Shown here in pieces: positions 51,721-64,000 of a stretch of DNA of 64,000 nt. Source of the DNA: Cycas panzhihuaensis. Taxonomy: Eukaryota; Plantae; Cycadophyta. The DNA lies in NCBI GenBank assembly GCA_023213395.1, contig CM041465.1, positions 206,715,741 to 206,779,740 on the forward strand, given 5' to 3'. The first letter of the stretch is position 1. Each line of letters begins with the position of its first letter. The position numbers were made by a program, and so were the translations under genes. The notes beneath the pieces are model-generated. The model was not told where the DNA came from, searched no databases, and saw only the letters and a program-made list of their open reading frames with translations.

Positions 51721-53059
51721 TAGCAATCCCAAGATCTTTATTAAGCTTATGTTAAGGATTAGTCACAAGGGGCCTATGAATATGGTTCCTAAGTGCCCTA
51801 CTAAGAGGAAGTGGATTTTGCCTACTAACCTTATGAAGTAGATGCATTTTATCAGGACCCTATACACTCCACTACTCATGTCAATGGAGCTATGCAGCTC
51901 CATGACCCTTCTAAAGCCCTTGAGCCATTAACTTATGCCTTTTCTTTTTATCAAATCCAAGTGGCTAAATAGATCCTTAATCTACTTTAAACTTAGAATG
52001 CTTATTAGGATATTATAGCCAACCTTAGAGCATAATTTAAAGAAATTGTAGGAGATACCATCCCTATTTAGGCTTGTCATTTATTTAGAATTACCTTGGC
52101 ACCCATCCCACTTATTTTTCAACCTCAATAACAAGCAATTCTATAATAACCTATTACCACATCTTCCCTTTTATTTACCTAACTCCCACTAATAAAAACC
52201 CTATTTATAGGTCCTACTTTAGTGGTAGGTCTTTAGCTTACCTAGTCTATTTCTTAATATGTTCCACCTATCCCTCCATTCGTTTCTCTAACAAGTGGGC
52301 TTCACACCTCTATTCTATAACTAATGGTTGTATGGTCTAATCACCATACTTATGTTCTACCTTACCGTTATCTAGTAGGACCTTAAAGATGCCTCACCCT
52401 CCTCCATATCTTATTCATCCTATCTAACCCATACTTTAACCTAACTAATTCACCTTTCTCTTATTTGGGTAATTTCCTAATAATGGGGTTAGGGGGGAGG
52501 GGGATTGTTCTCAACTAACATTTAGAGTTAATCTGCTCCACCCATATGGGGTAGCCCCTTTAATTGGGGGCCCATATAGGTAGAATATGGTTCCACACCT
52601 TGCCTCCTACCCTATTCTATCCTACTAAGCTATAGAACCCTAATCTACCTTAGTCTATCAAGTCCTATCTATTAAATCTTACCAAGTTTAACCTAGGCCT
52701 ATATATATTCTGTTTTATGTATTAATTCCTTAAGGAGATGTTTCATAAGGTGGTATTTCTTATCAAGCCCTTCATATAGTACTTTGGCCTTTGGAGGACC
52801 CTCTTTTTGTATACCTAACCCTTATACTTAAGTAACAACTCCTTATTAAGTTAAAGGCATGCCCTCACCTATTCCCTAATATCAGTCCTACTAATAGGGG
52901 TATACCCCTTATGGTGGGGCCTATACATAATAATTGTATCAACCTCAACCTACTTTCCCACTACTAGATCCCTTAGAGTAACTTGGGGAATGTCCCTTTC
53001 TTAACTACAAGTCTAGTCCATTCTTTGTAAAGCTAAAAGGACTATTTACCACCTCAACC

Positions 53060-53560
53060 TTAAAAGTGTCTAAGTTTGAGGGGTACTTCTTTCCAATATT
53101 CTAGAGACCATGTCAGGGCATTCACCATGGTATGTATTGATTATCAATCATATGACCACATCCTAATGAAGTTATTTCCTAAGTCTATCTAGGGAGATGC
53201 CTTGAAATAGTTATACTATTTGCCTGTCCACTTTATTTACTACTTCTAGTAGTTAGTGGACACCTTTATTAACTATTTTGATGTTTTATATCCCTTTAAG
53301 AAAGGGGATAAGTCCCTACTCTTTATTAAATAAGGCTATGATGAGCTCAATTAAAACTTTATGTGTTACTTTCATGATTTTCTCTATGTATCCAAGGCTG
53401 CTCTTCCTAAAGATTTAAAATATATCATATTTTTCAATATTCTTTATCTTGAGGTTCATATTGAGGTGATTAAACTAGGTACAATTATGTGTAACTCCAT
53501 AATCTCCAAGTGCCTTACTTTGGAATCCATCTAGATCTAGGCAAGTTTAAAGAAGATCAA
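53060..53560 (+). pseudogene. gag: gag remnant of element D
   Basis: VSKFEG...RDHVRAFTMVCIDYQSYDHILMKLFPKSI*GDALK*LYYLP...QLVDTFINYFD. Confidence 0.8.
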
Positions 53561-54189
53561 TAAATTCCTGCTATGAGGAGAGGCACTACCTCTACCACAA
53601 GGCTAAAGGCCTCAACCATAAGCTCCAAGACCCTATGTCAGTAACACAGATAGGACTATGTATTCCTTGTCTTATATAGTTCATTCATTTAAGTGAGTGT
53701 TAAAGGACCTTAAATTGTAACTGCCCTAGGGTCAACCATAACTACCTACTCCCTTATATGGACATAGGATGGTTCATCAAGTAGCATGAAACTCACTTCA
53801 AACTAAGGGAAACAACCTTACAATCCCTTAAAACAAGAAGAACCCACACCCTCTCAAAAAGAGGTAGTGTTCTATTTATAAAAATTACACTTGTAACAAT
53901 ACCCATTGTTAGACCTTGCACCTCTAGTAGTCATCACCATTAGGTCCTCCTCTTTAATCTACATCAAAACCTAGCCTAGAGTAGTTGGTCCATCAAGACC
54001 CCTCTTAAAATTATGAATCCCAAATCTTCAAACCTAATAACAAAACAAATAAGGAAGGGGAATACCCCAATCTTAAAGAATACCCCCACCTAGTCCACTT
54101 GTAGATAAATCCAAAGGTAAGTCCTAAACTAAACTAGGCAACCCTTCTTCTAAAGACCAAAAGTTTGCCAAAGATACCTAACACTATAA

Positions 54190-55700
54190 TGCCAAGGGAA
54201 AAAGAATTATCCAAATGCTTAATACTAGAGACCATAAAGTTTACAAGTTTAGCCAAATTGGTCTTTGAATAATATAAAAGCATTGTTCAAGGAATTATTA
54301 GTGCTATAAATTCCAAATGTTTAAAGTCATTAGACCCCTAAAATAGAATTAGATCCTCTAATATATAAGGCATAAAAATTAGTCTTCAATTAATAAGTAC
54401 CAATTGGGATATATAAATTCTTTATAGTCTATACATAGTGAAGGGTGTGATGGCCTTGTAAAGAATAAGTGAAACTAGTTTTTGGTTTGATATATAGGTT
54501 GATTTATCTAGCTAGTAAAATATAAATAAAATTTAATGATATACCGCCATTGATCAATATGGTAATGGGAGTCTTTCATAAAGTGCCTTTAATTCATAGT
54601 GGTTCAAGGCAATCATTGGAAGAAATGACTGATAGGGTCATTTCTTATTGAAACTTAGGGAAGACTTCTAAGGGTGATTCTTCTTTGTCTTTATTTTTAT
54701 AGCTAGAGTCTTCATCAAGGGACATTATAGGATTGATGGTGAATATCATTCACTTTACTTTATAAACTTTACTGTGATCAGGGATCTAGTTTTTTGTACA
54801 TTGGATGCATAGACTAGCCTCTGTACACCTATGCTTCTTTATGTTGTATGTGTTCCAACCTTGATATCAATTCTACTATTGGATCTTTTATTGTAAGTCA
54901 TTAGAGGTATTTTTCTCAAAATTATGGTGCTCAATATGGGTTTACTAACTGAGGATGTTTGTTCCATATAGAATCCCTTAAAAAAGAAGGTACCCATTTT
55001 GCCATAAATTTAACCTCAATTGCTTTGGCCTTATTTATGGATTCTCTTAAAGTAGGGAATGGGTTAGTCTTCATTCACATTTAGATGCATCCCTTGAGTT
55101 TGGATACATATATTTCTATAATTATTTATCAATTACGATTTTGGCTAACTCAAATTTAAAGAGCCTAAAACTCATTGATATAAGCTTCTACAAATGATAA
55201 TCATTTTAGCCAAGTGATTTGGCTAAAGAAAGTATAATTCCAAGTTTCTTTGTATCATTTTAAGAAATATTTATAAAATTAATCCTATGTTTGATTATTT
55301 GAATATTTATAATTCTACCATTAGTGTTAGTGATAGGACTTACCCCTAAGTGGATGGATGCAAATGTTAATTAATCATCTTCATTAATGGGATTAAGAGA
55401 AAAATAAGAGTCCAATATGCTAATATAACTATGAGTAAAATCTTTGTTGAGATCCAGATAAAAAGCTAGTATATTAAGTTTGTGATTGAATACTTATTGA
55501 TGAGGTGGTCGAGGAGAGGGAACACTACCATCATGTATGTTATTAATGGAGTTGGATGTATATGTGATATTGGAAAGTTGAGCATTCATGGTTTCCATCT
55601 CCTTTATTATTTTTATAAAATCATTCTAGATGATCGAATTTATTACATCTATTGTGATCTTGGCCATGTCATATTTATATGCATCTTGCATATTGATAAG
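54190..55700 (-). pseudogene. Chromovirus-type gag-protease remnant (part of E or of a second nested chromovirus)
   Basis: Gag-like HKLNILAF...ILDSYF...LRGKSYH and protease C-terminus FYALYIRGSNSILGV**L*TFG (compare DVVLGVQWLKTLG). Confidence 0.6.
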
Positions 55701-57190
55701 TGATGTTTCTAATATAGAAATGTAATTGACCTTAGTTTATGCCATTATTTATACATAAGGAGATAGGGATTTAGCAAAGGTGAATAAGGAAGAAAGAATA
55801 AAATGAATGAGTTAGGGATTAGACATAAAGAATAGGATTATAAAATTAAGAGATGATATAAGGGAGAAGAGGGAAAGAGGGTGTGTGTATCTAGGGGAGG
55901 GTGATGTCTATAGTTTGTTGACCTTGAAAAATAAGTAATAAAATCACTTAGTATACTAAGACATATATAAAGAGCCTATCAAAATTGGATAGGTGAGTTT
56001 TATATTAAAAAAAAGAAAAGGTTAGGAGGCCTAAGAGGTATCTATAGGTTGTTTTCCTCAAAATTAACTATTAAAATTAGCCTAGTAGAAAATAATCAAC
56101 ACAATGTATTGATTGAAATAAGATGTATGTTTGACTAATAGTAACTTATAAACCATGTACTCTTTTTTTTTTCCCTCTTTTATCTTGAGATTATTTGTAT
56201 AAGGTTTATTTGAATAGAAGAAGCATTCATTAAATTGACCCTATAAACTCTTTTTCTTTTCTTTTTTTGATTTATAAAGAAGTGGATATTAGACTAAAGA
56301 TTAGACTCAACTAGGTATTATATCCAAAAAATTGTGTTGTAGGTTTGGATATAAAGTATTTAGACTTTGGTGCTCATATTATAGGACTATTCTATTATTG
56401 TATTATAGGATGGTGTTGTTATTGTATTTTAAAATTAAGTTTTTTCTTATATTATGAAATTATCAATAGGAAGTAGAGTAGTATTAATAATTTATATTTG
56501 GATGTATAATAGTCTTAACAATCTTATTATATTTAAAAGTATAATGATTTCAACAATTTTATAGTGTAGTGACCTACTAGACTCTTTAATAAAGAATTAC
56601 CTAGTTTTGGAGGCCTTTGAATAAACTTCTCTATCATTACTTAGTCTAATATCTTAGGGTACTAACTATGAAAGAGTATCCATACCTATAGCCACAAAAG
56701 TCATGCAAAGGTATTCAAGAAGGGTAACTTCCCGGTGCTAATTGCTAACCAATACACTATAGAGGACAAGTGATTAGTAGCTTTTCTTAAACTAGGTAAG
56801 GCAAGACGACCTAGAAGGGGCCTATAATACATGTGAAGGTATGTAGAGACTCAATTCTATAGTTGAGTTTTACTTAAGGCCTATGTAAGTAGTGTAAGCT
56901 ACTTTTCATCATGCATAGGCAGATACCCTTATATGCTCGATAGAGAATGTTTGATCCCTATGATGTTTAAAGAACCTTGATATAGGTCTCTACCTAACAA
57001 TTAGGGGATATAGAAAAAAAATGATCTTACTTCCCACTTATAACAGATTACAAAACTTAAAATTAAAGAATTATTAAATAGAACATAAATATAGAGAGGG
57101 TTTAAGGGGTTTCACTAAGAAAAAAGAATCCTATTTTATAGTCCTCTTTGACTTGATCTTGTTACTACTTTAGATGGATCTTGTGAACTA

Positions 57191-57203
57191 AACTTTGATA
57201 CTA
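57191..57203 (-). promoter_or_regulatory. Degenerate iMet PBS of element E
   Basis: Minus-strand tagtatcaaagtt (compare tggtatcagagc) lies 2 nt from the LTR. Confidence 0.7.
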
Positions 57204-57205
57204 CT

Positions 57206-57609
57206 TAGAATAGTTTCAACTAGTAATTCCATACTAATTTGTAATAAAGAGACTAAAAGAAGCATAAAACAAGTATCTAATAGATTTTTATTGATAGATT
57301 TTATTCAACAAGAGATTATAAGAGGATAAAATGATACTTACAAAAACACCAAAATAGACACCAAATTTATACAAGATATGATATTATAAATGAACTCAAG
57401 ATATAAAAATTTGATTATAAATATTCAACCTTAAATAATGAAAAGTGATTGCTTTCCATAGAATCCCATTCGTAGGGTATTTATGCTTTAATCCTATTGG
57501 TATATTTTTATAGCTTACACAAATATATTAATAACTAATATTAATTTTTACCTAGCTTAGTCATATATATAGATGCTCATATTCTATTAACTATAATAGT
57601 TATGTGATA
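57206..57609 (-). repeat. 5' LTR of element E
   Basis: tagaatagtttcaactagtaattc...tatgtgata is colinear with 37111-37515. Confidence 0.85.
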
Positions 57610-58349
57610 AAGTTCTAGGTTAAAAGGGAAACATGTAAGTGTGTGCAATATATCAAAAGAAAAAAAAAGAGGAATAACCTAAAAGAAAATATAAATTTTT
57701 ATCTAATTAAATATGTATAAAAATAGCTTAAAGAGTGAACTATTAACTAACTAAAAGTATAGAAATAATATCAATCAATCTATTAATAGTTATCCTTAAA
57801 AAGATTAAATAACATTAAATAAAAATTCCCTTAGAGTGTGAGGGTGTTATAGGGTACATGTACCCCAATTATCATAACTTTTATATGCTTAAATTAACAC
57901 AACTAATTACTCTAAAGTTATAATGACCTACACTAGCCCTAACTCTTAAATAATCTTAAACAATAGACTCAATCAAGAAATAAAATAAGGAACCAACTAG
58001 AGTGAGAGATTTGAGGGAATCAAGACTATATGATATATCTTATTATACATAAGATGATGGGGACTAATCAATATTGATAACTTATATTATAATAAGTGCA
58101 ATATAGCTTAATAATAGCCACATTCAACTTTAATGAACCTTTAACTCTAAGAGAAAAAAAAAAGAAAAGGTTATTATTATTAATATGATAAATAAAGTTC
58201 ACTTGACTATTAACACCCTATTTGTTAGTATATGGTAGAGATATGTGCCCCTCACTAGCTTATTTAGAACATAGATTAGAAGACTCAATTAACTTGAAAG
58301 AAGAAGACCACTTCTCTCATCTAGTGATAAAATCTAAATAGTAAGGTAG

Positions 58350-60401
58350 TGGTCTCCCTTTTTTGGTGGAAGAATAATTTTAGTCCTAGATAAAACTAGT
58401 AGAATCCTTAGTTAGGTGGGCAAAATTCAGTTGGTAGAAACCTCTTTATAGAGCATCTCAGTTTACATGATGTCAATATTCAAGATTCTGAGTAAGGTCA
58501 TTTCAATCTTATAAGGCATTCAGAAAAGATTCCTCTAGTCTCGTACATAGGACAAAGATAGAATCTATTTGGTATCTTGGGACAAGGTTTGTAGGCCCAG
58601 GTGGATGGGAGGGCTCAATATCAGAAGATTAAGGTTTTTTAATAGGGCTTTGGTGGCCAAATATGGATGGAGATAGGCAAAGGATGATGGCGCCTAATGG
58701 AGAAATATCATTTCCAAAATGTACCTAGGAGGCAAGCACTTTTTGAAAGACAAGGTGGGGGATGTTTCTAGTTCCTCTATCTGGAAGGGTTTAGTTCATA
58801 CAAGATCCATTTTAATTAATGGAATGATATGGAAGTTGGGAAGTTGGGGAATGGGGAAAGTATCAAGTTTTGGGAGGATGAATGGTGTGGGAACTATAAA
58901 TTAAAAGATAGACCCTTCATCAATAATCTGTAGGGTGTCTATGAGGGAACCTTCGGTTTGTTGGTCAAGGACCACTAGGAGAGTTAGTATAAAGATAGAG
59001 ATTAGATATCCTTTGAGGAGTTACAAGGGACCCAAGATGTGGGGGTGGTATTTAGATCCTTAAGAATGAGCTGAATCAATGATATATCTTAAAAAGGCCT
59101 ATGGATGATACACTTATTTGGTTGTACTCCCCTTCTAGGATGTACACTATGAAGGAGGGTTACCAAACTATATGCATGGAGGATGGGTTTGGCAAGAACC
59201 CATTGTTAGATGGGGTATGGAAGTTAGGGTTTATCCTAAAGATGAAGGTCTTCTAGTGGCTCTATCTATAGAATAAGATATTGACAATTGATAATCTTCA
59301 CAAGCAAGGCTTTACCATGATAAATATATGTGTGTTGTGTAAGAAGGATGAGGAATGATTAGACCATATTAGTATTTATTGCCCCTTTTCCAGGGGAATA
59401 TGGGCCTATATCTAGTCTAATTATGGGATAGTTAGGTGTCTTCTAAGACCCTCTTAGATCAATATATGTTGTGGAAATATCCCTTTAGGAGTAAGACATT
59501 GGAACTGCTATGGAAATTAATTATGCTTATAGTAGTCTGGAACATTTAGAAGGAACGTAATAGATTTTTCTAAGGGAAGGATTTTGACAAGCCTAGGCTT
59601 TATGAGATGATTTGAATGGTGACAACCGAAATACTTAAACCTTTAGATGAGGAAGGGAACCTAAAGGGGGAGGGAAGCATCATGGACGATTGGGGGATTA
59701 GGAGACCAAAGATCACTGGGGTGAAAAGTAGGAAGTGTTCTTGGTAGTTGCCTAATGAAAACTGGGTCAAAATAAATTTTGATAGGGCATTAAAATATAA
59801 CCCAGGTGAGGCTAGTAGGGGCACCTATGTAGATACCCAGATGGTATAGTAAGGTGGTCCTTTACAGAATACAATGGCCAATAGATAACCCATAGTGCTG
59901 AACTTAAGGCTATGCAGGGAGCTATAACTATGGTTGATGAGGATGGCCGTGATAAGGTGATGATAGAAGGAGATTCTCTGAACATGATAAAGATCTTCAA
60001 GGGTGAGACAAAGGCTAATTGCTATAATGTGGACATGGTGAGGGATGCTCAAGATATTCTAAGATCCAAATAGAGTACCCAGATTTGGTACACATATAGG
60101 GAAGGCAATGCAACTATGGATTGGCTTGCCAATTAGGTGGCTTTGAATAAGACAATAAGGGTTTGGAAAGAGAATTTCCCAGAGGAGCTTCTGGATTTGG
60201 TTAGAATGGATGTGTTAGCCCAGAGTTGGGAGAGCTAGTCATTGGGCTTGTCATAGCTTAGTGAGATAGTATGGGTGTCCAATTATGCTAGGCCATGGGC
60301 ATGTCATGGCCATACTGTTCCATAGCAGAAAGGCTACTTTTGTAAAAGGTTTGGGGACCTATTAAAACCCCTTCTATTTTTCACCAAAAAAAAAAAAAAA
60401 A
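58350..60401 (+). mobile_element. 5'-truncated L1-clade LINE (ORF2 C-terminus: post-RT, zf-RVT, RNase H; poly(A))
   Basis: GKIQLVETSL*SISVYMMSIFK, LVSWDKVCRPRWMGGLNIR, NKILTIDNL, WVKINFD, IEGDSL and HTYREGN. The 3' tail resembles that of element C, with an A-run at 60386-60401. Confidence 0.9.
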
Positions 60402-63301
60402 GAAACTTTTAAAAATAAATAAAAATAATAATTGAACTAACCTAAAACAAGACTTTTGGCTTCACAAATTTAAGGACTCATAATAAGTATGAATCTCCAC
60501 TCTCTTTTGGCCCTTGTAATGTGTGAAAACATAAATATAGATAAAATGTGAAAAGAAAATAATGCATGTTCTTTTTTCCTTTTTTTTTTTTAATTATTCT
60601 TATATACTCTTTCCCTTTATAACTAAAATTACTTACATGAGATATGAGGAAAAAACAAACATGTATATCAAGTATTTAAGCAATATTCCTCGTTCTTTCT
60701 TTTCAAAATTTAGAATAAACAATATATTTTTAAAGTTCTTTTTATTTTTCTTTAGAAGCAAAGGGAAGGTTAAAAGAGGAAAACCTTAAGCTTACTTATT
60801 CTTTATTTTTACAATCTATTCTCTTATTTTCATGATTTTAATGACTCCTTAACATTGATTTTATCGAAAGTAGCAAACTACATTAGAAAACATATGCGTG
60901 TAAACAAGATTTTTAAATAAGATTTGATAGCATTTCTACTTGCTCGATTGACTTATGATAGGAAAACATTTTGATCAAATATCAAAATCACTAAAAATAT
61001 ATTTAAAGCATACTTAGTAAAGGTATATATTTTTAGCAATTTTAGGAAGATTTAAGAAACATTCAACTATGCAATAGGCACTATTTAGTTTGGTTCGAAG
61101 AATTTAAGGGAGTGGGAGAGGAAGTGGTGTATCTAACTTAATTTCAAGTTTTTAACCTATATAAAAACACATCAACATTCTCTTCCACCTGCCAATTTAT
61201 ACATACAATATAGAGGAAACACTAAAATTTAATAATAATTAAAAGAATCATAAATTAAAATTTATAATGATTTAAAAAGTAAAATGGAGTCTCAAAACTA
61301 ATAAGGTTTCCACCACATTCAGAGCTCAAATAGAGCTACTCAACTTTTATTTTCCTCATAAGATACTCTTACCAAAGTAGAGTAAAACATATAAGGTACA
61401 ATAACCAAAAAATAAACTTTTAAACATAAAAGAAATAGTAATTAAAAAAAAAAAAACATAGTTTAAAATAAAATGAAATACAAACAATGTGGGGGTCTGT
61501 CCCTAATTCTTGGTTAATGAGTGATGCTCATTACATATGGCTCTAATCTAAGATGTCTCCAACAACAATTAGACTCTAATTATTAAGCTAAAAAGTGGAA
61601 GCTTTTGAAGCAAATAAATAAGGGAATTCTATAGAAAATTTAGTAGCTTTCTAATAACACAACACTACAAATTTTGACCTTCTCTACCATGTGAAAATAG
61701 CAGAAATTTATAGATATATTGAGTTATAAGAGGAGTGGTATTAGGCCTATGGTTTGGTTCTTAACTATAGAAACATTACCCATAGATTTAGTTTAATTAA
61801 GATAAAAAAACATTAAAAATTAAGTCTTTAGAAAAAATTATAGATTTCCCCAATATTGGTAACCTTACTAATGTCCAAAAATGAAATTAGACATGTTAAT
61901 TATGCATAAAAATATATATAACCCTTTTTCTATTTTTGTATTATCATCCCATGAAAATTTCAATGGTATTATAAAGTTTGGGCTTTCATGGTACCATGGT
62001 AAACTTTAAGGTACCATACAGTTTCCTAAAAATAAAATACAATGTGGAACAAACAAGTTTCAACATAGAATGGTCTAAAATCAAGGCTAGAGATGCATTT
62101 ATCATAGTGGGATGGGGGGAAATACATATAAAAATGATAGTTTTGATAATAAGAGGACCCAAAAGAGTAAGAAAAGTAATTAATCATTATGAGTGGAAAC
62201 AAAAGAAGAGCAAAATTTGTCCATAAAGGTACAAAAAATCCTTACTATATTTCATTAGCCTCAAATATACAACCATCTTAGCCACTTACCATGGTCAAAA
62301 TCATCATTTAACTGATAAAACATATGCCTATTCACTAAAATAATAAACAAATATTAGTATATGCTTGTAAAAATATCTAAATTTAAACTAAATTGAATTA
62401 AAAGATGAATCACATTCCTTCACTTACCTGATAGCTAGATGACTATGGACTTTATGGATTATAGGAAATATTCACACCCTTGGTAGCATAACCTCTTTGG
62501 ATATAGACTATAAGATAATGAATGTTATCAATGATTCCCTATAAAAACTATTTATATGCTTATAAAAGTAATAGGGAAAGGCAATTAATCATAGTTTAGT
62601 CTCCTTAATAAGTGTTTAGAGAATGTTACCCCTAATATAACCTCATAGGCAAGAACTTTAGAGGTACACTTAATATGGTGGATATTGGCTCTATAGTCTA
62701 ATCCAACCATGATAAACTTGAAAGTTATAATGATACCTAAATGAAAATGAAAGGGTTAACATAGTTTATCCTCTTTAGTGACTATCCTTTAGAGCAAACT
62801 TAGGCTCTTAAGGGGTTGCCTTAATAGGTAGGAAGTGGGGCTTTAAAGCCAAGAGTCTATAGGCTTGAAATCCAAGGGTTTTCATCCTAATTTAGCCTTA
62901 TTAATAAATTCCCTTTAAAGGAGGAGTTGATTGGGTTTATCTCAAAGCCAATTGTGAAGTTGTCCACAAAGGGGGCTTCCTCAAAAACTTAAATGTTAAT
63001 AATGATCATCATAGATTAACCTTGCTAGTGATTATTTTTTGAGGGTTGGAGTTGTTTAGGCTTATCTCAAAGCTGAAGGATAATATTTTGGTTATTTTAG
63101 TTTTGTAGTTTTTTAAAAATTATTGTAATTTATAGAATTTTTTGACTTTTAATTTCATTTATTATTTTTTTCAGGCAACTAAAATTATAAAAACAAATGA
63201 AACTAAAATGATGCTATAGAGGAACGACCAAACTAAGGATGATATTAGGGGATTACCCATTTTAGAAAGTTATAATAGGGTCAATATTTATACATTTATA
63301 A

Positions 63302-63470
63302 GGTAATTAAGCTCATGATAGAGAATTTGGTAGTTTACCCTTATTTCAAAGAAATAAGGGTAGTTTAGGCTCATACCAAAGCTTTAGGTAGTTGACCCTT
63401 ATTTTAGAGAATGGGTTCTAGCTTAAACTTGTAATGGAGCTTTAAATAGTTTATCCTCAATTTGGAGATC
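63302..63470. repeat. Degenerate 58-bp tandem repeat, ~3 copies
   Basis: tagtttacccttatttc / tagttgacccttatttt / tagtttatcctcaattt at 63331, 63389 and 63447. Confidence 0.65.
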
Positions 63471-64000
63471 TCATGTAGATCAATAAGGAAACTGGAACAT
63501 AGGCTTAGTTTTGTTGATAGGATTAAAAACCCTAAGGAGAAAAAACCACTTATGGTAAGTCATGTTTAAGAATAAAGGTAACTAGAGGATCTATTTTAGT
63601 ATTTTATTTTCATAAAATATATCAAATTATGATAGAAGAAAATAAAAATAAGAGTGATCTAGCTTGGTTGGAAAGGTCACGTAGTTTAGGGTAGTAAACT
63701 TGATAAACTTGGATAAGATGGAAAATAATGAGTTGAGAGTTAGATAGCAATAAAATAGGATCATTATAGACTTGAACTACATTGGTAAGAGCTTTGATAA
63801 TAGTAGTTTACTTAGTGTTATTATTAGTTACTTCAAGTAAGAAAATCCTAGTATGAGTTAAGACATAGCCTACTTAGTCCTTAATGGTCCATGCTATAGT
63901 AGAAGTGCTAAGATTCCCATGGGTTCCTCTATTAGTATAAATAATTAATTACATGAAAAATATAATAGTAGCTTATAGATAGCTTGATGAATATGGAAAT

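Larger units (their letters stand above)
45400..54180 (+). mobile_element. Truncated Tat-type element related to B (element D): LTR end, PBS, gag; interrupted by copia-2
   Basis: ...ttca c tagtagctctactaggggctcattagta mirrors B's ...cca c tagcgactatactagggactcatcagta, and the gag is homologous to B's. Both outer boundaries are uncertain. Confidence 0.65.
37111..57609 (-). mobile_element. Old chromovirus-type Ty3/gypsy element (element E) with nested insertions
   Basis: Diverged direct repeats of ~405 bp at both ends, TSD AAGTT (37106-37110, 57610-57614), iMet PBS, PPT and pol with a chromodomain-like end. Confidence 0.8.

Noticed and set aside
60562-62226. Short ORFs 60562-60789 and 61978-62226
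   Set aside because: Low-complexity AT-rich translations with no motifs.

Overview
The window is 64 kb of AT-rich plant intergenic DNA with no recognisable host gene. It is gymnosperm-like by inference from its Tat-type elements and strong CG/CHG decay, and consists almost entirely of decayed, nested retroelements. (A) An old Tat-type, gag-only LTR element (<1-12922) is interrupted by a full-length Ty1/copia (3184-8525, TSD AGAGG). (B) A 16.7-kb Tat-type Ty3/gypsy element lies on the minus strand (13286-30037, 3.2-kb LTRs, TSD CTAGC). It has gag, protease and the integrase core but no RT or gypsy RNase H. Its 3' region holds a head-to-head two-gene cassette: a stand-alone archaeal/bacterial-type RNase HI ORF (17025-17447, -) and an antisense, apparently intron-containing PMD-RGG-coiled-coil gene (~18200-20750, +). 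(C) A full-length L1-clade LINE with RNase H (30092-36545, -) has a ~23-bp TSD. (E) An old chromovirus (37111-57609, -, TSD AAGTT) has been swollen to 20.5 kb by a nested Tat element (D), which itself contains a second copy of the copia family (46440-51720, -). A 5'-truncated L1 lies at 58350-60401. All coding regions are pseudogenised. The RNase H/PMD cassette in element B is the most interesting feature.
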